Part shown: positions 41,333-54,084 of the stretch, one piece after another | How positions within the stretch are numbered: the first letter of the stretch is position 1 | How the letters are laid out: each line of letters begins with the position of its first letter | DNA from: Octopus vulgaris | Lineage: Eukaryota | Direction: 5' to 3' | DNA length: 64,000 nucleotides | NCBI GenBank assembly: GCA_951406725.2 | Contig: OX597829.1 | Coordinates: forward strand, 35,526,001-35,590,000 | The notes under the pieces: model-generated | Told to the model about the DNA's origin: nothing | Seen by the model: only the letters and a program-made list of their open reading frames with translations | Database searches by the model: none | Made by a program: the position numbers and the translations under genes

Positions 41333-41409
41333 TTCAGGTCACTGCTTGGAATCGAACTCGGAGTCTTGAGGTTAGTAGCCTGCGCTCTTAACCACTACGC
41401 CATATGCCC
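41333..41409 (-). other. tRNA-like sequence with Pol III A and B boxes (not a functional tRNA)
   Basis: GGGCATATGGCGTAGTGGTTAAGAGCGCAGGCTACTAACCTCAAGACTCCGAGTTCGATTCC; acceptor and T stems pair poorly. Confidence 0.7.
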
Positions 41410-42829
41410 ATGGGCACTTATGGAGTGAATTTTAGGGCTGATAAATCTAATATTTTTCGATCCTTCCTTAATACCGGCTCCCATACGCTACTCATATCTG
41501 CACTCGGTATGCTTAGGAGGTTGTTGTGTCCTAGCATATGTACTGCTTCTTTTAGTTTTCGTATTTTCCAGTGGTGTTCTCTGTCTGTTATTTTAACTTC
41601 ATACCACAGGGAGAGGTAATCTCCATTTTCCCATACATGATAAGTTATACACGATTTATCAATATCTCGTCGTGTCATAGCTTTGCGATGTTACTCTACC
41701 CTTATTTTGAGGAGGCGGCATGTTTTGCCTTTGTATAACCTACCACAGCTGCATTGAATGGAGTACACACGATCTTTGGTCATATTCTCTTCTATTTGGT
41801 GGTTTTGCTCGAAGGAGATGTTTGCGAAGTATTGTATTACTCTTGAATACTGTCCTGATGTCATATGGGCCGCATATCTTTTGTATCTTTTCGGAGAGGC
41901 CTTTCACATAGGGTAGACAGACTGTGGACACTTTATTGGCCTCATTCTCTCTCTTCTTCATAATTGGAGAGGATAGTATACTTTTGGGGTAGTTGTTGCT
42001 TAAAAGAGCGTTATCGAAAAGAGGAGGGTTTAGCTATGGGTTCGCTATTATAACCTGTAAGTATTCCATGTATATACATGGAATACTTTCAGAATTTGGC
42101 TTTAGGATCAACACCATTAAAACTAAACCTATGGTTGTGATATGTTGAGGACACCTTTTTACTCCGGCCCCACCAGGAAGATGTCCAAGTGCTGTTATAT
42201 CATGTGAACTCAATAAAGCAATCCATACAGTTCACAATGGGAAAGGAAAAAAACAATCAGCTGGCATTCCTGGACGTATTAATAAAATGCACCAAGTATG
42301 GATTCAAGACATCCATATATCGCAAGCCGACTTTTACTGGACGATATCTCAACTTCAATTCTCACCATCCATACAGTATAAAGAGTGGGATTGCTCAGTG
42401 CCTAAAACATCGTGCAAAGAATATAAGTTTTATTTTGAAAGGTCACGACGAGATACTCATGTGAATCACTTGACATCGAGTTTCATTGCTCAGCTGCTGC
42501 ATAATATTTAATGAGTGTGGCGAGAGTTCCGTTGGTAGTGCGATAGATCCAAATACTCTCTACGAAATCAGAAGTTTTTCATTTCTTAATGAATGAAGTC
42601 GATGGCGGGTGGAGTTTAACAATTGTCTCGAATATAAGTATCCCATCAATAAAAGAAAAGTCCTTCCTAAATCTTACATGCCCTCTCTTTTTTACATAAT
42701 GCCAACAGCATTTTCCAGTCCCTCATGAATGATCCTTGTGAACACTTTATTTGATATTGAGAGAAAGATAATTCTTCATCGGTTTTTGTCCTCGCTAAGC
42801 CTTTCTTGCATTCCGTAGGCTATTTATCT

Positions 42830-43061
42830 ATTTCTTTATTGCCCACAAAGGGCTAAACATAGAGGGGACAAATAAGGACAGACAAAGGGATTAAGTCGAT
42901 TACAACGACCCCAGTGTGAAACTGGTACTTTATTTATCGACCCCGAAAGGATGAAAGGCAAAGTCGACCTCGGCGGAATTTGAACTCAGAACGTAGCGGC
43001 AGACGAAATAACGCTAAGCATTTCACCCGACGTGCTAACGATTCTGCCAGCTCGCCACCTT
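42830..43061 (-). mobile_element. Full-length tRNA-derived SINE with 15-bp TSD
   Basis: TSD GTAGGCTATTTATCT at 42815-42829 and 43062-43076; same family as 57745. Confidence 0.9.
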
Positions 43062-43534
43062 GTAGGCTATTTATCTTCTTTTCATACCGCGTTTAGCAGC
43101 GAGGGATACTGAATTGGTGTTGGTATTGATATGTGATTTCAAGAAGTTGAATGGGATATTATCTGCTGCTTTACTGTTTATCAGCATTTTTTATGATTTC
43201 GTCATTTTTTTTGGCTCCCCAAAGTTCGGAGGTAGCTAGTTGAAAACTTGTTCGTATATGGACAGTACTATCCTTCACTTTGCTCTGATTTCCTCATAGT
43301 TCGCTGGCCTAATGACACTTCTAGTAGTGTTTATCAGTTTGGGCGTGTCCCTGTTAAACTTGTTGAAATATTACACAGAGATCTCGAGTTTGCTTTTTAT
43401 GTCACCTTTCCTTTTTCTGTGTGTTTCTAAAAAATTGTCTTTCCTTGTCTTTATTTACATCCATATCCGTGTAAATAAATCACCTAGCTAGTATTTTCTT
43501 TTCTTCTACTGAAGCAGTTTTTGACTTTATTTCT

Positions 43535-43573
<39 letters not shown>

Positions 43574-43599
43574 CTATTATTATTATTATTATTATCATT

Positions 43600-44290
43600 A
43601 TTCAGTAGTTTTATTTTTATAGCGTGCTTTCACTTCACTACCGAGCACAGCTCTGTGTGCCTTGGGTATGTGCTGTGATTTGTTGTGATGCTCTGATGGT
43701 TATTGTATGGAAAGTGTTCTGCGTAGGATGTGTGCAGTGCCTAGTAGTGCAATTTTCTGTATGTTATATGTGTTTGTAAGTCCTGGTGTTTTTGTTATGT
43801 ATTTGTCTGAATATTTTTTTATCATGCCTAATGCACCTACTATGATAGGAATTGTTTCTGTTTTCAGATTCCACATTCTAGTTACCTCTATTTCCAGGTC
43901 TTTGTATTTTGAGAGTTTCTCCATTTCTTTTAGAGACACGGTGTCATCAGCCGGTATTGATACATCAATTAGAAAGCATTTGTTTTCTTCATGATCTCTG
44001 ACAACTATATCTGGTCTGTTGGCCTTAATTTCTCTATCTGTGTGTATCGGCATATCCCAGAGTATGGTTGCTTTCTCGTTTTCTGTGACCTTTTCTGGTG
44101 TGTGCCTATACCATCTTTTTTCTGTTGTTATTCCATAATGTTGGCATAGCTTCCAATGTATGTAGGTTCCAACTCTGTCATGTCTGTGAATATATTCCTT
44201 CTTAACCAAGACTGGGCAGCTTGAGATAATATGATTTATTGTTTCTTGTCCATCTCCACATATTCTGCAGTTACTTGTAATATTATTTGT
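43600..44290 (-). mobile_element. R4/Dong LINE 3' end (zinc knuckle + RLE), 5'-truncated, uninterrupted frame
   Basis: ORF 43700-44296: CRIC..ETINHIISSC, RHD, NRPDIVV, LIDVSIP, EKLSKY, PIIVGALG; 3' end abuts (TAA)n-type repeats at ~43537-43600. Confidence 0.9.
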
Positions 44291-44485
44291 CTGCAATGAA
44301 GGAGAGAGGAAAGGTACTCAACCAAATGTGTAATATAAATTACCCATATCAGTTGATACAAACGTTATCTTCACATTGCATTATTTTCAGTACATGAACT
44401 TTCAAAAAAGATAACTAGTCACATATACTTCTTCATTAAAAGAATCAATATTAGTCAAAGGTTAATATTTTCAATTTCAATTAAG

Positions 44486-44688
44486 GTGGCAAGCTTACAG
44501 AATCGTTAACGCGCCGGACAAAATGCTTAACAACACTTCGTTCATCTTTACACTCTGAGTTCAAATTCTGCCGAGGTCGACGTTGCTTTTCATCCTTTTG
44601 AGGTTGATACTCAGTCGGGAATTGGTGTTGATGTATTCGACTTTCTTCCTCTCCTGCATTTGCTGGCCTTGTGCCAAAATGTGAAAGC
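44486..44688 (+). mobile_element. tRNA-derived SINE with ~22-bp TSD
   Basis: AATATTTTCAATT(T/C)CAATTAAG at 44464-44485 and 44689-44710; shared SINE core. Confidence 0.8.
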
Positions 44689-47265
44689 AATATTTTCAAT
44701 TCCAATTAAGCACGCGAGATAACTCCAGACGTGCTTCGTCCATATTCACATTTCTTGTAGCATATGTGTATTACACAAATACTAGAGTATAATTATTTCC
44801 AGTCTAATATTTTACACAGTGAAATTCCTAATTGTTGAAATTCTTAATTATTTTTCTGTTATTTTAACCATTTAAACTAGTCGATGTTTGTTTCAAGATA
44901 CTTCTTCTAAAAATGGAAAATATGAATAACTCAAGTAAAGTCAAATTCGCATATGTCTGTTCTGGTAATTCTTATGATTTTATATAATCATTTCGTTAAT
45001 CGATAATTAATTATTCTATGAAGTTACTGATTTGGTAAAACCATTGAAATACCTTACAATATTAATCTCAACCCAACATTTTGATCTGAAATACCATCAA
45101 CGCGAACCTCACTATTGATACCTCAGAGTCAATGCATTAAGCAGCTGTTAAACAGTTTGGTTCAGTGTCGTATATTTCTTGCTTTCAAATTGTCTAATTA
45201 AAATAAATCGTTTTTTTTTCTTCCTTTAGGTCTATAAGCGAGTTGGCAAAATCTCTTGTACTTCTAACCATATGGCTTGGTTCTCCGCAATCTGTTATCA
45301 AATTCCATCAAAATCACCTATAACTTTTATCTACCTGTATCAGTAAAATAATTTTCTGCAGTACAGAAGCGCACATGACACATACTGTTTCTCATAGAAG
45401 ATGAAGCAGTCAGAAATATTTTTTTTCAAGTTATCTTACATATGCTTTAATCAGATCCTAATTAGTCATGCAGTTGTGGTACTTGCAGAAGTACTAGTTT
45501 TCTTAGAACTACAGGAAAATTATATTTGTTGTTATTTAGCCATAGTTGGTCTTGCGATTTATATGTATACCATTTATATGTATTCTTGCGATTTATAGGT
45601 ATTCTAGCCGCGACCATACCATTTTTAGATGTAAGAGACTAAGTTGTCCAATGTATACCATTATATTTAACCAAGATTATTGATGTCATTTGGAGGAGAT
45701 CGTGGTTGCAGTTTCTAGCAGGGCAGGGCTTCCTCGTAATTTCGGCTTTCTTCATTCTGATTTCTTCCAAAAGCCGTACAAAACACAGGTTAAATTAGAA
45801 TTTCTTAATTGCTAGTCAGCTAAACACTGTTTGTATCTCTACATAATAGCTACGCTTAACTAATTTATTAGAAGTTAGTAAAGGGAGGGTGCGAAATGTT
45901 CCACTAGTGAAATTGGATGCAGTAGATGCATGTTAGTCAATGTCCGAGCAATAAAAATAGTAGAAGAGGAAGGAATTTCAGACGGTAGTCCAAGGAAGAA
46001 ACTATACAATATGTGTAGAGTGGCTGCGAGAGAAGAAACAAAGTTGGGGTGACGGAAGGAGAATGATGGGTTGATGGCATGGCCTAACGGACGGGATATA
46101 CCATCAACTATTTCAGAGAATTAGAAGCTATGGTTGTAGCGATAGATGAAGCGGACGCAAGAATTAGGATACTTATGAATCAGACGCTAAAATGAGTCGA
46201 ACATTGACTCTATGCTAATGAGTGCCATGGCCTTGTTTTTAATGTAAATTTAGATGATAGTAACCATAGCCGTAACACAAACCCATAGCTAAGCAAGATG
46301 AAAACTAAATCAGCAATATTTCAACGACTCCTTCTCTAGCTAGATGTACAGGAGTAGCACGTATTTTAAACTATTTCATTTACTAGCCTTGCTGATTAGA
46401 GTATGTACTGTTTATAATATTGATTGAAATGTATAACAAAATTAATCGATTTCCTAGTCACAGACTGCATATGTCGCAAAATGCATTAACAACGATATAT
46501 ATCAAAGGATGAGTAGATAATTAAATTTACTAATTCCAAATGTACTCAAAACCGTAAACTACAGTTGTTTCCCTTAACTAAAAGGCAGGGATATATATAC
46601 TCGCTGTATTATTTTCACATATCTAACGATGTTAATATTGGAAGGTCAAAATATGAATATATATTTACCGGAGAAAAATATACTGTAAAATGTTTTATTA
46701 CAATAGTTGTATCTGGTTATGTCAAACACATAACTAAGCTCTTATTTTCAAGGGGATTGTAATGATGAAGGTTTTCTTGCTGATGTTGTTGCTGATGGTA
46801 ATTGCTTTAATGAGGATTACATTAATGATAATAGTTTTGCTTAAATTACAATGGTACTACTAACTGCGGACCAAGAAATTCTAACGACAGTACGAGCACG
46901 GCAAATATTTTCTTTGCGGGCACAAAATACCGACATACTTAATTGAATTTATATAAGGAACAATTTACTTCTGCCTCTGGTATTAAATACTCTTACTCTG
47001 GCTACTACTAAACTATATAACAATACATAAATACATTCACAGACAAACACAATTTTTCTTGATTTTGTTCATTATTTTTCTTGATTTTGTTCATTCTAGA
47101 ATGAGAGAACTGTTTTCTAACAAGAAGCAGAATCTCCATCACTAGGTTTGAATGAATACAACGATAATTGCTACCTATCGAACATCAAGAAAAGTTTACA
47201 TATCTTTATTTTTCTGTTTACAGATTGTATCTGTAAAGTTCGTGTTAGGCCGGTCCTTGTATGTA

Positions 47266-47301
<36 letters not shown>

Positions 47302-47798
47302 TGTATGTATGTATGTATGTATGTATGTATGAATGAATGTATGTATGTATGTATGTATGTGTGTGTGTGTGTGTGTGCGTCTGTGTGTGTATGTTTGTAT
47401 ATGTCTCACACACAAACATACACGCACACATACATGTATATGTATATATATATGCAGAAACAAAATGATCTAAAAGAACTCTGGGTGGTCAGTGGCATAC
47501 ATTTGAACGACACAGACAAATATAGGTATATCAAATACCATACAACATAAATTCTTGATTTATCAAAATTATCTCTGAGTCAGGAAGATAGGTCGCAATT
47601 ATTAATGGCATACCGAAAAGGAGATAATCTCAAAAACTCAAGAATACTCTAAAGTTGAGAGGTCATTAAGGAAAAAGACATAGTTATTATCTGGAGACAA
47701 GAGGACACCCGCTACTGGAAATAAGGTCGGACAAATACCGCGCTGATGTGGCCCTTATAAAATTAGTAAACAAGAAAATCTAATACAAGTCATGTATA

Positions 47799-47865
47799 TA
47801 CACAGACACATAGACACACACACAGACACACACACAGACACACAGACACACACAGACACACACAG

Positions 47866-47927
<62 letters not shown>

Positions 47928-47957
47928 CACAGACACACACACACACACACACACACA
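47799..47957. repeat. (CA)n / (CACAGA)n microsatellite
   Basis: Direct reading. Confidence 0.95.
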
Positions 47958-49360
47958 AGAACGTTATCCTAGCTACGTAAAGGAAAACTATACGGATAAA
48001 TTATATTGTCGTGTCCACAAGAATTGTTTTTTAGAATAATCATGGCATTTAGATTATTATTGCTAGAATTCTGTGTAACAATTAAGTCCAAATTTTATCA
48101 TTTTAAATATCGGCTGTTCACTTTATGATCCGTTGTTTTGATTTATAAGTTCTTCCGCATTATTTAAATGCATTCTGTATATTATGATTACTTTTAACTA
48201 AAAGTTCATCTTTTTATTTAATGTTACTATTTGGTAGTGAAGTTTGTACAGTTACGTGTGTGTACAAACGACATTCATGCCCTTTAACAACGTTTGATTT
48301 TACTGGGCTTAAAATATCGCATTTGTGTTTGAATTTGATATCCTTGGATTTGAGGCTGCATAGGTATTCTGACAGTGCTGTCAAAGACTTTAGTTTGGGT
48401 ACGAGTGAAGGAGCGCTTCTGCGAGGAATTACAGATAATTTTGGAAGAAAATCTTCTAATCGTATATTGTCTCAGTGTGTTACGGGTATTGACTTTACAT
48501 TGACGTGCGATATTTTCTTTTTCTGAGAGAGTAATTAACAAATATACATTAATTGGCAATTCTACATTCACATCAATTTCTAGTGTCTTTTATATTAATT
48601 TCAGTATTGGTATAAGGTATACTACATATAGTAAACCATATACCAGATTTTTATATAATTCGCACGCTTCGGCTAATTTGTCGATCTGAATCAGATATAG
48701 GTAGATTAAGTACAAATCATACTAAACATAATTATACATAAAGTGAAAAACCTGATGAAGTTCATTCATATAGCAAAGTATGAATGAATTATTAGATTGG
48801 CTTATTTACTTGAGTGTTAACCACAATACACCTGTCTCTCAATTCTATATAGATATCTACTACTCTTCTAAATCACTTGTACTCCTAAACAACACCATTA
48901 TTTTCACAGCAAAAATTACAATATAATATTACAACTTCTTAAAAATCCTTAATATGCTAAGAATGACATTTTGTTAGGAAATTTAAGTGATAACATACTT
49001 GGAATCACAGTGGAATCATCTGTCGCAACGCAGGCCATTCGCTTGGTGGAATTATTATTTTTTACATCAACTAAACGATAAATTCAATGGAATATGCTCT
49101 GTAGAGGTTAGTCTCTTTAAGTGTTTTAAATCATATGCCATCAGCGCTAAAAAAACCACGTACAAGTTTGCGCCACTTCTTTAAATCCTATATCGTTTTC
49201 CTCTCTTTCGAAAGAAGAGTTTAAGAAGTTAATTTCCTGGATGTTATATGGATCTCCGTATTATACTATAGCATTCCTCTCAGAAAGAAAACGAAAATTT
49301 ACATTGCATCTCTCCAACCACGGTAAATTCATAATCAATGTGTTAAAAAGATACATATAT

Positions 49361-49504
49361 GCGCAGGCATGGCTGTGTGGTAAGAAGCTTGCCTCCCGAC
49401 CACATGTTTCCGGGTTCAGTCCCACTGCATAGCACTTTTACTATAGCCTCGGGCCGACCAAAGCCTTGTGAATGGATTTGGCGGACGGAAACTGAAAGAA
49501 GCTC

Positions 49505-49555
<51 letters not shown>

Positions 49556-49777
49556 TATGTGTGTGTGTGTGTGTGTGTCTGTGTTTGTCGCCCCAACATC
49601 ACTTAACAAATGTTGGTGTGTTTATGTACTCGTAAATTAGCGGTTCAGCAAAAGAGACCGATAGAAAAAGTACTAGGTTCACAAAGAATAAGTCCTGTGG
49701 TCGATTTCTTCGACTAACACGTGGTGCTCCAGCATGGTCGCAGTCAAATGACTGAAACAGATAAAAGAATAAAAGAA
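49361..49777 (+). mobile_element. Bipartite tRNA-derived SINE (head, internal TA/TG tract, 3' module)
   Basis: GCGCAGGCATGGCTGTGTGGTAAG (A box), GGGTTCAGTCCC (B-box-like); head repeated at 49786 and 60598. Confidence 0.8.
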
Positions 49778-49785
49778 CATATATC

Positions 49786-49948
49786 GGCGCAGACGTGGTT
49801 GTGTGGTAAGAAATTTGCTTCCCAACCACATGGTTCCGTGTTCAGTCCCACTGCGTGGCACCTTGGTCAGGTGTCTTCTACTATAACCACAAGCCAACCA
49901 AAGCCTTGTGAGTGAATTTGGTAGACGGAAACTGAAAGAAGCCCGTCG
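49786..49948 (+). mobile_element. SINE head (same family)
   Basis: Aligns to 49361-49507 and 60598-60762. Confidence 0.8.
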
Positions 49949-50019
49949 TATATATATATATAGAATTAAAATGCATGTACAACGGAATTAGAAAATATAA
50001 CGGAATTAGAAGGGCCCAA

Positions 50020-51773
50020 AAGTAACGTTTCGTAATTCTAGAGGGATAACTCTCCTGACACATACCGAGAAGATACTTTCAAGGATCATGCTAGATCGTC
50101 TCGTTGAGATTGTGTGTCCACATGTGATTCCTGAAGAACAGTGTGGTTTTAAACCTCCACAAGGAACAGTGGACATGATATTTTCCGTGAGGCAGGTTCA
50201 GGATAAGAACTTAGAGGAACAAATGTCACTATACCAGGTCTTCATAAGTTTAACTAAGGAATGTTACACGGTTAACTGGGAGACGCTGTAGATTGTTTTG
50301 TGTAAACTTGGTTGCCCAACGCATTTTGTGAGCATCTTTAATGAACTACCCAGAAACAGGTAGCCTTTAATGGTGCACTATCTCACGAATTTTCGGTGGT
50401 CGATGGTGTCGAAAGGGAGATATTTCTGCTTCTACACTTTTCTCTATGTATTTTGCTGCATTGCTTTGGTATGGTTTCAATGATTGCAACAGGGAAATCG
50501 GAATCAGATTTCAGACATCTGGTTGCATTTTTAATTTGACTCGGTTTACTTGCAAAGCAAAGACTTTCAAAATGCTTGTTAGAGAAATACTTTATACTGA
50601 TGATGCTGATTTGTTGGCACATTCAGAGAGGGATATGCAACATTCAATGTACAGATTTGTCACTGCATGTGTACATTTCGGACTCACAATTAGTCTGGAG
50701 AAACCCAAAGTAATGTTTACTCCCGTGCCAGGACAAACATATTTTCAACCAAACATTTTTGTGAATGGAACAATGTTAGAAGTCGTTGACACCTTTGTTT
50801 ACCTTGGAAGCAAACTGTCAAAAGATGGTAGTCTTGATGCAGAGATATATTATCGAATAAGGACGGAAAGTGTTGCATTTGAAAAGCTCGAAGAGCCAGT
50901 ATGGGTGGATTAAAGTATTACCCTGCAGAAGAAAAATCAGTGTCTATAAAGCTTGTGTATTGACTGCTCATTCAAGTGAGACGTGGACCACCTACAAGCG
51001 TCATATAAAAATGCTGGAGAGATTTAATCAAAAGTGTCTCAGGCGTATCTTAGGAGTCAAGTGGAAATGTTTCATACCAGATACAGAAGTTTTGCACATG
51101 GCATGTTGTAACTCAATTGAACAACATGTTATTTTGGCTCAAATGAGATGGGCCGGACATGTTATGAGAATGAAAGACGAGCGATTGTCAAAGACGAGCG
51201 ATTGTCACTCAAATCTGGTAAGCGATCACAACATAAGCTGAGGAAAAGTTATAAAGACTGTAAGAAAGAAAACCTGAAGAAACTAGATATGAACAGAAGT
51301 GATTGGAAAAATGATGTTCCGGATCAAGTGGTGAGGTGCTGTTAGGACTGGTTGCAATGATTAGCAGGAAAAGATGATTCAATACTCTGAGCTTAAAAGG
51401 AGCCCGTCGCAAAGGAACAATTGAAACTGTAATCAACAGCGAACATTGGATATATATTATATGTGATCGTGTTCTATTGTCAAAAACATGTTACGTGAAT
51501 CATATTATGTCACATGAAACTCGAAATGCCCAGGTAGGTAATAATCTTGAACACCGACCACTTCTTACGACTTGTATCATATGTCACAAAACTTGTGAGA
51601 CAATATCTGGACTTAAAAGACATATGCTAGTTCACAAAAGCATTCTTCAGAATCAGATTTCAAAGGGCAAAGATGTAGAAGAAACTTGAATAATATCTGT
51701 CACTTGTGTTTTAAACCCTGTCAGTCAGCAGCTGGTCTTAAAAGTCATCTGAGGGGTACTGAATGATGGGATG

Positions 51774-51775
<2 letters not shown>
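50020..51775 (+). mobile_element. RTE-clade LINE, 5'-truncated and degenerate, with C-terminal C2H2 fingers and a (GT)n tail
   Basis: RGITLL, PEEQCGF, DMIFSVRQVQDK, ILYTDDA, FGLTISLEK, FVYLGS, SETWT, RWAGHVMRM. Confidence 0.85.
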
Positions 51776-51813
<38 letters not shown>

Positions 51814-51959
51814 ATGGGATGTCTTTGCCCATCGCAAATGACGAATATATATATATATATAATTAATAAAAAAAACGAAGAAAGACAACAAGAAAACGTG
51901 AGTATGTGGTAAATGCAAAATATTAATAAGACGTTCAGAGAAGGAAAGAAATAGTGGTT

Positions 51960-51994
51960 GTTTTACGTTTCGAGCAAAGCACTTCTTCGGAAAC
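51960..51994 (-). ncRNA. Minimal hammerhead-like motif (U4C core)
   Basis: GTTT-CCGAAGA-AGTGCTTTGCTC-GAAA-CG-TA-AAAC within a (TA)n-flanked element at ~51860-52090. Confidence 0.55.
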
Positions 51995-52316
51995 GGGAGA
52001 TATAGAGAAGTTGAAAAGAAAAGGAAGGAGGAAAAAAATTGCAGAAGGAGGAAAAATTGCCAATAGTCCACGTGTAGTTACATTTTGGTATATATATATA
52101 TATATATTACGGAGATGTACTTGCATAGCAAGTGACCTGATCTGAGATAGTGTGCTGAAACAAAAGCAATTTCAGCGTGGAAGGTGTTTATAGGCCATTT
52201 AAAAACACACAAAAACCGTAAGATTCATTTCAGCATTTAAATTTAATCTGCTAAAATACACTTGTCGCTTTGTGACCGCAACCTGTTCACTGACAAAGTT
52301 CAGTGCAGCACGGAAT

Positions 52317-52370
52317 TTTGTCAGTGAACAGTTTGCGGTCTCAAAGCGACGAAAATAATATTTTGGCAAA
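52317..52370 (+). ncRNA. Hammerhead-like motif with G3:C8 core, right arm of palindrome 52168-52442
   Basis: TTTGTCA-GTGAACA-G-TTTGC...GCGAC-GAAA-ATAATAT-TT-TGGCAAA; inverted partner at 52247-52297 keeps GTGAACA but has lost GAAA. Confidence 0.55.
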
Positions 52371-52442
52371 TTAAATTTAAGTGTTGAAGTGAACCTAACG
52401 GTTCTTGTGTGTTTTTAAATAGTTCATTCCACGCTTCAATTG

Positions 52443-52493
<51 letters not shown>

Positions 52494-52849
52494 CTTATTA
52501 TCGACGGAAATATTATTATATAATCGAATTAGCATTCTGCATATGTTACTTAACGTGAAGATGCCACAATAACATCGCACTATTTCGGTATTCGTCTCGG
52601 GAAAGCATAATTTGTAGACGTATAGTACGTCTAAAAAGAAGAGTATCTGCAGTAGAGGAAAAACCTCTAGCAGAGTTGACTGAATTGCTAAATCCAGTTT
52701 TCTACGTATTGGTTGTTTCACATGAAATTTCGTATTTGAAAGGTAACAATAAAATGCTTCAGAAGTGTTAGAGAACTGATTTATTTAATCAAAGTATGAT
52801 CTATGTTCATTTATGAAGTTTAACCCAACATTTCTCTATGTCATATATT

Positions 52850-53640
52850 CCATCTTTAAAAAAAAACAAAACAATTTATCTTTTCCTGTGATAAACTGTC
52901 CGAATGCTTCAATCACCTCTTCTCTAGTTAAGAATGTTTTATTGCTTATGAAAAGCTCAAAATACTAGAATAAGTGATGATCAGTAGAAGGGGTATCAGG
53001 GGAATAGGGAGAATGTTACAACTTTTGGACCGTAGCTTGAAGAATGTGATGACGTGCATTGTCGTGGAGCAAAATTTGGCCATCACTATTCACTAGTCTG
53101 GGTACTTTTTCAAATTCTCATGCATGCAATAAATTTCCTTGTAATACGATTTTGCAATTACCATTTTTCCTTGTCGCAAAAATGAATAATAAATAACTTC
53201 CTTCGCAGACCACCATACAGTGACCACTAAGTTTTTAGAGTGCAATGGTGGATTTGGGTAGTGTTTTGGTGATTCTTCTGCATCTAATCACTGTTCTGTT
53301 CTCCTGCTGTTGTCAAAGAGTAACCATTTCTCATCACAAGTAATGATTTGATGCAAAAATGGCCTTTTTCTAGCCAAGAAAGCAATAAGGAGCTCACTTC
53401 GAGGCATAGGCTTTTTTTTTTAAATCTCGTTCAATTGATGTGGAACAAACCTATCCGTTTTCTTGACTTTTCCAATTTTTTACAGGTGTCCCAAAACTGT
53501 TAAGCGAGATGTTTGGAGTTCTGATGAAAGATTTCGAACATTTGTTCTCGGATTTTGTTCAACCAAAGAACTTAATCCATCATGCCGAATAACTGATTTT
53601 GGCTTACCCCTTGGTTTATTTTCAAGGCTATCATAGTTAG
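52850..53640 (-). mobile_element. Mariner transposase remnant
   Basis: Minus-strand FVPHQL, FLHQIITCDEKW and ILLHDNAR motifs. Confidence 0.8.
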
Positions 53641-53784
53641 GTTGTTATCATTTTCATAAGGTCGGTTTGAACTGCTTTTGTGTAAATCTTTCTTCTTGTT
53701 GTGATCTGTCTGTTCAATCCTTTATATGTATAAATATGTGTGTGTATCTATATATACGTGTGTATATATACTTATGCATATACA

Positions 53785-53869
<85 letters not shown>

Positions 53870-53871
53870 GT

Positions 53872-54004
53872 GAAGGCGCGTGGCTTAGTGGTTAGGGCAT
53901 TCGACTCACGTTCGTAAGGTCGTGAGTTCAATTCCCTGCGAAGCGTTGTGTCATTGGGCAAGACACGTTGCCTCACGTTGCTCCAGTCCGCTCAATTGGC
54001 AAAA

Positions 54005-54084
<80 letters not shown>

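Larger units (their letters stand above)
41140..42430 (-). mobile_element. Penelope-like element with inverted 5' segment
   Basis: Minus 41418-42015: NNYP, CLPYVKGLSEKI, TVFKS and GIY-YIG remnants (RKLKEAVH). Plus 42040-42430: RT C-terminus IQFTM..LAFLDV..YRKPTFTGRYLNFNSHHP. 3' UTR carries a tRNA-like unit and an HHR. Confidence 0.85.

Noticed and set aside
41333-41409. Functional tRNA gene (also the SINE heads at 3140, 49361, 53872)
   Set aside because: Acceptor and T stems are broken and the context is a mobile element.
42480-43450. Possible minus-strand Gypsy integrase remnant around the SINE
   Set aside because: Only faint motifs (FSFIDGIL, YRTT); too degenerate to call.
48752-48790. 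CTGATGA followed by a 12-bp hairpin
   Set aside because: No GAAA, stem III or stem I partner follows, so it is not callable as a hammerhead.
53515-53550. CTGATGA...GAAC hammerhead-like string
   Set aside because: Lies antisense within mariner coding sequence; the stems do not pair.
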